The notes beneath the pieces are model-generated. The model was given only the letters and a program-made list of their open reading frames with translations. It had not been told where the DNA came from and did not search any database. Positions 18,197-25,599 of a stretch of DNA of 29,810 bases are shown piece after piece. Source of the stretch: an archaeon (GTDB taxonomy: Archaea; Iainarchaeota; Iainarchaeia; Iainarchaeales; JAAZKV01); assembly GCA_036170245.1 (NCBI GenBank), contig JAVHOV010000036.1, positions 1 to 29,810 of the forward strand. Direction: 5' to 3'. Position numbers and translations under genes: made by a program. How positions within the stretch are numbered: the stretch's first letter is position 1; each line of letters starts with the position of its first letter.

Positions 18197-19189
18197 TTAG
18201 TTTCTGTCAATTATTTTTGTTTTATATTTAGAAGATTTATTTTTTAGCAAAACAATTCTTGAATTATCTTTCTCGTTTTCAAATTTAAATGAAGGTAATA
18301 GTTCAAGCAATTTATTTGTGAAGGCCTTTGTTTCTAAAAAAGAAGGGGTGTTTTCTTCCTTTAATCTTTGTCTTGAAAAACCAAGCCACATGTATGATTT
18401 TATTTCAATAAAATCTGGCTGAACTGCTTCTAAAACTTCACCGAATTCTTTTATTGTTTCTTCACTATCATTAATTCCTTTAATTAAAGTTAATCTAATT
18501 ACAGTTCTTGTCGGCAAAAGTGCAAGTAATGCTAAAGAAGTCAAATAATTTTTCCACCCCTTTTTATCATTGTTGCAGGTAATGCTCTTGTAAAGTTTTT
18601 CATTTGGGCCAACCATTGAAATGTATAACTGAGTCGGAAGAGAATCTTGTTTTGCTAATTTTTTAAGCATACTCGGATTCTGCCCGTTTGAAACCAAAAA
18701 AACTGTTTCGGTTGTTTTTCTATTTTTTAGTTCCTTGATTAATTTTGGCAAGTTTTTGTATAATGTCGGTTCTCCAGAAAGAGAAATTGCCCAGTGCTTT
18801 GTATTCATTGCATTGTCAAATTGTTCTTTTGTTACTTGTGAGTTTCCTTTAAATCCAGTGAGAAGTTTTTTTCGTTCAACAATTAAACCTTCAATCAATT
18901 CTTTTGGATCTGTGTCTTGTGCAATATTGTCGGGAACACAGCCCATGTACTCCTTTGGTCTCCAGCAGAAAATACATGAATTGTTGCACCAGAATGTTGT
19001 TGGTGCAATTTGGTGGCAGGAGATTGTATCTGCCCCATAAAAATCCTGTTTATAACAATGACCTTCTCCACGAAGAGCTTTTTTATTCCATTCACAAACT
19101 TGAATACTCGCATCTTTATAAAAGCCATATTTTTTATGTGAAAAATTATTTAATAAGTTTTTTTTGCTTAATTTAGCCATCTGTATCAA
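18197..19189 (-). CDS. taw1: 4-demethylwyosine synthase TYW1/Taw1 (radical SAM)
   Basis: CYKQDFYG, radical-SAM motif WCNNSCIFCWRP, AISLSGEPT, PTQLYIS, FIEIKSYMWLGFSRQRL. The start is probably the ATG at 19180. Confidence 0.92.
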   Translation of the reverse strand: MIQMAKLSKKNLLNNFSHKKYGFYKDASIQVCEWNKKALRGEGHCYKQDFYGADTISCHQIAPTTFWCNNSCIFCWRPKEYMGCVPDNIAQDTDPKELIEGLIVERKKLLTGFKGNSQVTKEQFDNAMNTKHWAISLSGEPTLYKNLPKLIKELKNRKTTETVFLVSNGQNPSMLKKLAKQDSLPTQLYISMVGPNEKLYKSITCNNDKKGWKNYLTSLALLALLPTRTVIRLTLIKGINDSEETIKEFGEVLEAVQPDFIEIKSYMWLGFSRQRLKEENTPSFLETKAFTNKLLELLPSFKFENEKDNSRIVLLKNKSSKYKTKIIDRN

Positions 19190-19210
19190 AAATAGAGGGA
19201 TAAGGAATGC

Positions 19211-19219
19211 TTATAAATA
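19211..19219. promoter_or_regulatory. TATA box probably shared by divergent taw1 and DUF2666 genes
   Basis: TTATAAATA on the plus strand, TTTATAA on the minus strand; the clearest TATA-like element in the 74-nt gap between the probable starts. Confidence 0.5.
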
Positions 19220-19254
19220 AAATCAATCAAGATGAATGTATAAGGGTGAGAAGT

Positions 19255-19704
19255 TTGGAAGGAAGTATACAATTAGTAGCGAATTATTTTGACTGGAAAG
19301 TAGTTAAGAAGCAAACAATAACTGATAAAACTGATCCTTTGACAGTTGCTGAATTTTTGGCTAGCTTGACTAATAGTGTTGATGGAAAAGTTGAATTTAA
19401 TTTAAGAAAAAAAGTTGCCCTTGATAAATTGGACAAAGTACTCACTGAACTTAATTTAGTAAAAGGAGACGCTGTGCGCGCAATGGAAGAAATTAACACA
19501 CGAACAGTTTCAAAAGTAATAAATGAAATTTCTCAAATACCTGAATTACAAAAAAACCAGCAAAAAGAAGTAGCTGAATTTTGTAAAGTATATGCTACAA
19601 GAAAGGCACTAAAAAGTTGCGGGCTAATGATTGATTATACACAAATTGAAATACCTGGAATGGGAAGACTTAAGAAAAAAGTTCCAAAAGACGCTAAGGA
19701 ATAA
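19255..19704 (+). CDS. DUF2666-family archaeal protein
   Basis: GSIQLVANYFDWKVVKKQTITDKTDPLTVAEFLAS resembles DUF2666 as I recall it. The GGTGA RBS near 19245 supports a TTG start at 19255 rather than 19207. Confidence 0.65.
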   Translation: MEGSIQLVANYFDWKVVKKQTITDKTDPLTVAEFLASLTNSVDGKVEFNLRKKVALDKLDKVLTELNLVKGDAVRAMEEINTRTVSKVINEISQIPELQKNQQKEVAEFCKVYATRKALKSCGLMIDYTQIEIPGMGRLKKKVPKDAKE

Positions 19705-19759
19705 ATTTAATTTGAACTCAATTTGTTGGACAAATTTTAAATTTGATTGGTGAGAAATT

Positions 19760-20665
19760 TTGGTTTTTGAAGAAATAATAGTAAACCAATTCTTCCAATC
19801 TTTCTCAAACCCTCTTCTAAATATATTCTTCCAATTAATCACTTACTTTGGAAACCCTTTGCCTTGGTTTGTTTTTGCAGCATGGCTTTTTTGGGCAGGA
19901 TACGAAAAAAAAAGTTTCACTTTAATGACAATACTTCTCTTCAGTTCGATTGCATCAGGTACATTAAAACAAATAATTGCCAGACCAAGACCTACAGGAT
20001 TACTTGTACTTGATGATGCCACTGGTTACTCCTTTCCTTCAGGGCACTCAACAGTTGCAGGAACACTTGCAGGATACAGTTACTTTTCAAATTTAGTAAT
20101 AAAACAGGCAAAGTGGATAATCATTATTCTTGCAATTCTAACAGGAATATCAAGGTTATATTTAGGAGTTCACTATGTCAGCGATGTTTTGGCAGGATTA
20201 CTGCTTGGTGCAATTTTAGGATGGGTTATTTCAAAACTTGAAATAAAAATAAATAAAGCAAACTTTCATATTTCAAAAATAAAGGAAGAAGCACTACTCG
20301 TAGGATTTTTTGTTTTAATGATTGTTGCAGATTTAGTTATCCCTGCAGAATATTACGGAGCGTATACAATTTTAGGATACTTTATTGGATATGCTATTTT
20401 TAGGCACACAAATTTAAAACAAAATTTGACTTTAGCAAAAACAAAAACCCAACTTGCTGTTGCATTTATTGGAGGGACAATATTTTTGGGAATACTTGGG
20501 GCAAGTGCATACTATTTGACAATAGGAATTGTTAGCCAAGTGCTGTTCTTTTTTTCAGGAATATTCATTACCCTTATTTGGCCAATAGTGATTTCATTTA
20601 CTGTTGCGAAAAGAGAAAAACAAAAAACAAAGAAACCTAAATCTACTAAAAAGAAAAAAAAGTGA
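19760..20665 (+). CDS. PAP2-family membrane phosphatase
   Basis: Motifs KQIIARPRP, PSGH and SRLYLGVHYVSDV; multiple TM segments; GGTGA RBS before the TTG start. Confidence 0.92.
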   Translation: MVFEEIIVNQFFQSFSNPLLNIFFQLITYFGNPLPWFVFAAWLFWAGYEKKSFTLMTILLFSSIASGTLKQIIARPRPTGLLVLDDATGYSFPSGHSTVAGTLAGYSYFSNLVIKQAKWIIIILAILTGISRLYLGVHYVSDVLAGLLLGAILGWVISKLEIKINKANFHISKIKEEALLVGFFVLMIVADLVIPAEYYGAYTILGYFIGYAIFRHTNLKQNLTLAKTKTQLAVAFIGGTIFLGILGASAYYLTIGIVSQVLFFFSGIFITLIWPIVISFTVAKREKQKTKKPKSTKKKKK

Positions 20666-20672
20666 ACTACGC

Positions 20673-21092
20673 ATGATTACAAAAAGAATGATGAGTCTTG
20701 CTTTATTCAAAAAGGGAAAAATGATTCCATCTGCCAGAAACACTATGCTAAAACTAGGGAAAGTTAATCCTATAAAATCAAAAAAATTAGTTGGAGAATG
20801 TAAAAAATTGACCACTGTTCTTAATATCAAATTAGCTGCGCCCAAATCAAAAATAAGAACACTTGAACTTGAAAGACTTGCAAAAAGAATAAGTGATTGG
20901 GAAAAAAGAGCAGATGCTTACGTCCACTCCGAAGAACAGCTCTTAGGGAATATGGCTAAAAACACTCCATCCTATGAAAGAATACATTTGTTTAGAAATG
21001 AATTAACAATAATTCAAGCAACTCTTGAAATAGCAGAACAAAATGGACTGCTTGAAAAGGGCTACACTAAAAAAGCACTGAATATCAGTTGA
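20673..21092 (+). CDS. Hypothetical basic protein
   Basis: Open frame with a Lys/Arg-rich N-half and helical C-half. Start moved to ATG 20673 (after GTGA) to avoid overlap with PAP2. Confidence 0.6.
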   Translation: MITKRMMSLALFKKGKMIPSARNTMLKLGKVNPIKSKKLVGECKKLTTVLNIKLAAPKSKIRTLELERLAKRISDWEKRADAYVHSEEQLLGNMAKNTPSYERIHLFRNELTIIQATLEIAEQNGLLEKGYTKKALNIS

Positions 21093-21181
21093 AGAAAGTA
21101 AAAAATTAACTAAAAACCAACGTTTAAAAAACACTCTCTGAACTAATTATTTACTCAAGTATCAAATTGAGTGGATGAAAT

Positions 21182-21295
21182 CCCCCCTTAGTTTAGCAGC
21201 TAAAACGCTCGGCTGTAGACTCTATAATCCTTGAAAAAGAAATTTTTCAAGTAACAGAGACCGAGATACCCCCGGTGCAAGTCTGGGAGGGGGGA
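21182..21295 (+). tRNA. tRNA-Tyr(GTA) with 41-nt intron (21219-21259) at position 37/38
   Basis: Acceptor CCCCCCT/AGGGGGG with C1:G72 and A73 (archaeal Tyr identity); D arm GTTT/AAAC; anticodon stem CTCGG/CCGAG; GTA at 21215-21217; T arm CCCGG-TGCAAGT-CTGGG; central helix CTGT/ACAG. Spliced length 73 nt. Confidence 0.9.
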
Positions 21296-21364
21296 TTTAC
21301 TTTTTTTAAACAAAAAATTAAATATTACTTGAAACAAACCTTTTTAATTAACTAAATACTTTAG

Positions 21365-21781
21365 ATGATTATGGAAAAGAACTTAATTAAAGTGATTGTA
21401 ATTATTGTTGTTTTAATTGGGTTAATTTTAATTTCCCCTGTCTCTGATTACAAATCTGGCACTACTTGTCCTTATCATACTTTTAAAAGTGATTGCTTAG
21501 GATTAAAATTTCCTAATGTGTTTTTATTTTTTGAGGGAGTAGGGGGTTCAACTCATTGGTCTTGTTTAGGGATAGTTTCAAACACAAAATGTTATCTTAA
21601 TGAATGTTCTTCAGATCCGAATGCAAAATATGAAGTTCCTTGTAATTTTTTAGGTAATTATTCAAAACTTTGTGCTGATGATAGGAATGCATTTTCAAAA
21701 GATATTAATTCATATTATCATTGTTGTAATTTAGTATATGGTTTATGTGATGAGAAATATAATCAATTTAATTCCAACTAA
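21365..21781 (+). CDS. Cys-rich membrane-anchored or secreted protein (unit 1)
   Basis: N-terminal hydrophobic segment followed by 10 cysteines in about 110 aa. Confidence 0.75.
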   Translation: MIMEKNLIKVIVIIVVLIGLILISPVSDYKSGTTCPYHTFKSDCLGLKFPNVFLFFEGVGGSTHWSCLGIVSNTKCYLNECSSDPNAKYEVPCNFLGNYSKLCADDRNAFSKDINSYYHCCNLVYGLCDEKYNQFNSN

Positions 21782-21800
21782 AAACTCTAACTGCTTCCAT

Positions 21801-21824
21801 GTGCAGAGTCTGGGAGGGGGGATT
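21801..21824 (+). repeat. tRNA-Tyr 3'-end copy R1
   Basis: GTGCAGAGTCTGGGAGGGGGGATT; 18 nt (21807-21824) identical to 21280-21297. Confidence 0.92.
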
Positions 21825-21894
21825 CCCAAAAGGGAAGACCAACTGGATGAAGTGCTAGTTATAAAAACTTCTAAACTGATTTTGGTGTGATAAA

Positions 21895-22563
21895 ATGATT
21901 GACTCAATGGATTTATTCGCCAAAGCAATAATGGATAGAATTAATGGGGATAATGCCGACTTCTTTTTTATAGATAAAAATGATAAAAGATTTGTCCATA
22001 ATTTGGACCGATATTACAAGACTCCTTTTCCTGCGACAAGATTAGAAAAAAAACTTATCAAATTATGCTATGGTGACATCCTTGATGTTGGTTCTGCAAC
22101 AGGAAATTATTTTCCCGAACTAATGAAACAAGGGACAGTTACGGGGGTAGAATACAGTACACACTTGGTAAAAATTGCGAAAAAACAAGGGATAACCAAT
22201 ATTGCAAAGGCAGATATTTTTTCATACAAAGCAAGCAAAAAATTTGATACAATAACCCTCTTAGAAAATAACCTCTGCCTTGGCGGAAGTGAAGAAAAAA
22301 CCAAAGAACTTATTAAAAAACTATTAATATTATTAAAAGAAGATGGAAAAATCCTTAGCATGATTTCTAAGCGTGCCAAGGACAACAACTTTTTTATTGC
22401 AGAGTTAACTGCGGAATACAAAGGAAAAAAAGGGACCTTATTCAAATACTTCAACATAAACCCCAACTACCTCAACCAGATGTGTAAAAACATGAATTGC
22501 AATATAAAAATTCTTGGCCAAGACGAAAGAAATTATCTACTGGAACTCAAAAAGGAACGATAA
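21895..22563 (+). CDS. Class I SAM-dependent methyltransferase (unit 2)
   Basis: Motif I ILDVGSATG, VTGVEYS, ADIF, FDTITLL, LKEDGKI. Confidence 0.88.
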   Translation: MIDSMDLFAKAIMDRINGDNADFFFIDKNDKRFVHNLDRYYKTPFPATRLEKKLIKLCYGDILDVGSATGNYFPELMKQGTVTGVEYSTHLVKIAKKQGITNIAKADIFSYKASKKFDTITLLENNLCLGGSEEKTKELIKKLLILLKEDGKILSMISKRAKDNNFFIAELTAEYKGKKGTLFKYFNINPNYLNQMCKNMNCNIKILGQDERNYLLELKKER

Positions 22564-22606
22564 ACCCGAGTCACAAACTACTCGCTAATAACAATAAGCC
22601 AATTCA

Positions 22607-22649
22607 CTCGGTCGCAAGTCTCTGGGGTGGGGATTTACTTTTTATACTT
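22607..22649 (+). repeat. tRNA-Tyr 3'-end copy R2
   Basis: CTCGGTCGCAAGTCTCTGGGGTGGGGATTTACTTTTT versus tRNA CCCGGTGCAAGTCTGGGAGGGGGGATTTACTTTTT. Confidence 0.85.
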
Positions 22650-22657
22650 CTTTTTTA

Positions 22658-22699
22658 TTAACCCCACACAATACCCATTTAAATCTTTTGTGGGGTTAA
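22658..22699. promoter_or_regulatory. 11-bp perfect inverted repeat bracketing the fic TATA box (putative operator)
   Basis: TTAACCCCACA (22658-22668), a 20-nt spacer containing TTTAAAT, then TGTGGGGTTAA (22689-22699); ATG at 22707. Confidence 0.7.
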
Positions 22700-22706
22700 C
22701 TTTGTA

Positions 22707-23651
22707 ATGGTTTACTTTACTGAGAAAAAGATTAAGGGTAAAAAATACTTATATGCGGTGCAGTCGATTAGGCTTCGTGATGGAAAAGTAACAAAAATTT
22801 CAAAATTAGTAAAAGACAAAATACTTACTTCTGAATTAAAAGACTTTTTTAATGAAAAAGAAAAAGAGCTTTTTGGAAAAGAATCAATTGTTTCTTATAA
22901 AACAGATTCTATTTTTACTAAAGATCAAATAATAAAAATTGAAGCTACAAGACAGGAATACAAAAATATTTTACGCAAATTGACAAAAGCTCAGTTAAAG
23001 GATTTATTTGATAGATTTACATCAAATTTTACTTATGAATCAAATGCAATTGAAGGCAATTCTTTAACTCTTAAAGATGTTGCAATGGTACTGTTTGAAG
23101 GTAAAGTCATTGTCGGAAAAGAGTTAAGAGAAATATATGAAACAAGGAATTCAAGAGAAGTAGTGGAATTGATTCTTAAAAATAAATTTAACTCAACTGA
23201 AAAAGATATAATTCAAATGCACAAGTTGCTTGTGAAAGATATGGGTGTACAAGAAGGGTACAAAAAAATACCTAATTACATACTTGGTCGAAAAGTAGAA
23301 ACAACTCTTCCTGAAAATGTTGAAAAAGAAATGAAAGATTTGGTTGATTGGTTAAAAAAAGAAAAATCAATTCATCCTATACAAAAAGCAGCTTTGTTGC
23401 ATGGTAAATTTGAAAAGATTCATCCATTTGATGATGGCAATGGCAGAGTTGGAAGATTCTTGATAAATGTTCTTCTGATTAGTGAAGGTTATGCTCCGCT
23501 AATAATAAGAAAAAGTCAAAGAATTGCTTATATGAAAGCACTAGAAGATTTTGATAATGGTTATACTAAGAACTTAGAAAGATTCTTACTTGATAAATAC
23601 AAAAATACGTTCAAAAATTTCTTTCAAATTTATGCAAAATACTTGAAGTGA
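22707..23651 (+). CDS. Fic-family protein, class II (unit 3)
   Basis: Catalytic motif HPFDDGNGRVGR and N-terminal inhibitory motif SNAIEGN. Confidence 0.93.
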   Translation: MVYFTEKKIKGKKYLYAVQSIRLRDGKVTKISKLVKDKILTSELKDFFNEKEKELFGKESIVSYKTDSIFTKDQIIKIEATRQEYKNILRKLTKAQLKDLFDRFTSNFTYESNAIEGNSLTLKDVAMVLFEGKVIVGKELREIYETRNSREVVELILKNKFNSTEKDIIQMHKLLVKDMGVQEGYKKIPNYILGRKVETTLPENVEKEMKDLVDWLKKEKSIHPIQKAALLHGKFEKIHPFDDGNGRVGRFLINVLLISEGYAPLIIRKSQRIAYMKALEDFDNGYTKNLERFLLDKYKNTFKNFFQIYAKYLK

Positions 23652-23688
23652 TAAAAATGAAACAAGAAAATAATTTGTTTGGTGAAGC

Positions 23689-23736
23689 AGATACCTTGAT
23701 TCCCGTGTGCAAGTCTCTGGAGGGGTATACCTTTTT
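23689..23736 (+). repeat. tRNA-Tyr 3'-end copy R3
   Basis: AGATACC...CCCGTGTGCAAGTCTCTGGAGGGGTATACCTTTTT versus tRNA AGATACCCCCGGTGCAAGTCTGGGAGGGGGGATTTACTTTTT. Confidence 0.8.
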
Positions 23737-23790
23737 CTTCAGCAAATCACTTGCGAATCATTTTTATTAACAATTTAGTGTTATTTTGTT

Positions 23791-24393
23791 ATGGAATTTG
23801 AATTTAAAAATGGTCAAATCTTATTTGATCGAGAACTTAGTGATTTGGATGAATTTGTAACAAAGTTTGTAAACATACTTAATAAGAATAAAGTTAATTA
23901 TGTTCTCGTTTCAGGCTATATTGCAATACTTTTTGGCAGAAGCAGAGAAACAGAAGATATTGATATTATTATAGATAAAATATCTTTTAAAAAATTTGAT
24001 TCTTTGTGGAATGCACTTGGAAAAGAATTTGAGTGTTTAAATACTTCTTCATCAAAAGAAGCATATAAGGAGTTTTTATTAGAGAAATCTTCAATTAGAT
24101 TTGCATATCCTGGAGAATTTATCCCTAATATGGAAATAAAGTTTCCTAAAAAAGAGTTTGAAAGAGAAACACTTGATAATAAATTAATAGTAAAAGGAAA
24201 AAGTTATTCCTTTAATATTTCGAATTTGGAAAAACAAATTGCGTTTAAATTATTTCTTGGTTCAGAAAAAGATTTGGAAGATGCAAGACACTTATGGAAT
24301 ATATTTAAAGATAATCTAAATAAACAATTAATTATTACAAAAGCAAAAGAATTAAAAGTTTTAGATGACTTAATTGATATGGTGTTGGGATGA
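23791..24393 (+). CDS. Putative nucleotidyltransferase (Pol-beta superfamily) (unit 4)
   Basis: YVLVSGYIAILFGRSRETEDIDII (G...R-x-T-x-D-x-D) and C-terminal K...KDLEDA. Confidence 0.75.
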   Translation: MEFEFKNGQILFDRELSDLDEFVTKFVNILNKNKVNYVLVSGYIAILFGRSRETEDIDIIIDKISFKKFDSLWNALGKEFECLNTSSSKEAYKEFLLEKSSIRFAYPGEFIPNMEIKFPKKEFERETLDNKLIVKGKSYSFNISNLEKQIAFKLFLGSEKDLEDARHLWNIFKDNLNKQLIITKAKELKVLDDLIDMVLG

Positions 24394-24536
24394 AATATTC
24401 AAAAGAAGAATTGCAAGAATACAAAAGTCAAAATTTTAAGGAAAGACTCAAATTTATAGATGATTATACAAACTGGTTAAAAAAAACACCAAATAAAGAA
24501 TGGTCAAAGCAACAAAACAAAATTCTTTCTCAATAA
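24390..24536 (+). CDS. 48-aa protein translationally coupled to the nucleotidyltransferase (not in ORF track)
   Basis: ATGA start/stop overlap with GGTG RBS; MKYSKEELQEYKSQNFKERLKFIDDYTNWLKKTPNKEWSKQQNKILSQ*. Confidence 0.7.
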   Translation: MKYSKEELQEYKSQNFKERLKFIDDYTNWLKKTPNKEWSKQQNKILSQ

Positions 24537-24554
24537 TGGATTTAGTTTCCTCTT

Positions 24555-24593
24555 GTGCAGAGTCTTTGGGAGGAGGGTTTACTTTTTATACTT
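24555..24593 (+). repeat. tRNA-Tyr 3'-end copy R4
   Basis: GTGCAGAGTCTTTGGGAGGAGGGTTTACTTTTTATACTT; shares GTGCAGAGTC with R1 and TTTACTTTTTATACTT with R2. Confidence 0.85.
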
Positions 24594-24611
24594 TCTTTGC
24601 GTATTTGATTT

Positions 24612-25589
24612 ATGCAAAAATTAGTTTCAATAATTTTGATTATTTTACTTGTCTTATTCTTGCTTTTAACTGGTTGCGTTCAGCCGACTGTTTGTGGTGA
24701 TGGGGTTTGTCAAATTTGGGAAGATGAAATTAATTGTTCTGTACTTAATGGAGGGGATTGCCCTAAGGTTCATGACGAAAATATAATTAACCTTAAAGGT
24801 CAATACTCTGGATTTTATGAGTTTCCTTCATCTTTTTTTGATTCATCAAATCTTTCTCCAAGTGAAGTGCTCAAAGGAACTGATGCCCAATATTTAGCTT
24901 TAAGCGATTTACATAATAATATTGTTCCTTATTCCTTTGCAAATATTGAGTATGATGAAAATGCTTATGGTTACACCACTCCTGAAGGAATAAAGCTTGG
25001 AGTGTATGCTAACCCTAAATTGAATAACGGGTATCAAAGATGGGAATTAATGGCACATGAACAAGGGCATAACTTTTTTGGAGGAACTAGTTCTTTTTAC
25101 AATATTTTATCTAATGGAGAACCATTTATTCAGGAAAGTTTTTCTGTAGTGAGCGCATTTTATACTAATTATTACATTTTGGATAAAAATTTCAATTTGT
25201 CTGAAAAAATATTAAACGATATGAAGTATGATTTTAATAATGGCAGAAAATATCAAGAACAAATGCATGCTGAATATGTTGATTTAAATAAAAATTTTAA
25301 TACTCTTGATGTAAAAACAAGTCAAGCTTTGAGTTTTGAAATGATTTTGTTAGGCGAACAATATGGTTGGGATAAATTTAAGCAAGTTGCCAAAAATTTT
25401 TCTGAAAAAAATAATGAATTGTTTGATTTTCAAAACGATGGAATTACTTCCGAAGAGCAATCAACATACATTATTGCATCATTAAGTTCGGCTTTTGGAG
25501 TAGATTTTAGAGAGAAGTTTAATAATCTTAATTTTTTAATAGATGATGAATTTTATGAAGAAGTTTATTTTAAATTAACAACTTCTTGA
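24612..25589 (+). CDS. Putative lipoprotein zinc metallopeptidase with Cys-rich N-terminal module
   Basis: Signal peptide ending LTGC, then CGDGVC...NC...DCP, an HExxH motif (HEQGH) and a downstream Glu (QESF). Confidence 0.65.
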   Translation: MQKLVSIILIILLVLFLLLTGCVQPTVCGDGVCQIWEDEINCSVLNGGDCPKVHDENIINLKGQYSGFYEFPSSFFDSSNLSPSEVLKGTDAQYLALSDLHNNIVPYSFANIEYDENAYGYTTPEGIKLGVYANPKLNNGYQRWELMAHEQGHNFFGGTSSFYNILSNGEPFIQESFSVVSAFYTNYYILDKNFNLSEKILNDMKYDFNNGRKYQEQMHAEYVDLNKNFNTLDVKTSQALSFEMILLGEQYGWDKFKQVAKNFSEKNNELFDFQNDGITSEEQSTYIIASLSSAFGVDFREKFNNLNFLIDDEFYEEVYFKLTTS

Positions 25590-25599
25590 TCGTTGTATT

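Noticed and set aside
18197..21295. Functional link between taw1 and the nearby tRNA-Tyr (G37)
   Set aside because: Taw1 is known to act on tRNA-Phe; proximity alone is not evidence.
21271..24593. CRISPR array interpretation of the recurring repeat
   Set aside because: Spacers are 0.5-1.1 kb and contain genes, the repeats are degenerate tRNA sequence, and no cas genes are present.
21801..24593. R1-R4 as split-tRNA 3' halves
   Set aside because: They lack the anticodon 3' strand, have disrupted T stems and show no complementary leader for trans-splicing.
24500..24700. 66-aa ORF in the track
   Set aside because: It overlaps the better-supported 48-aa ORF, repeat R4 and the 24612 gene, and has no RBS.
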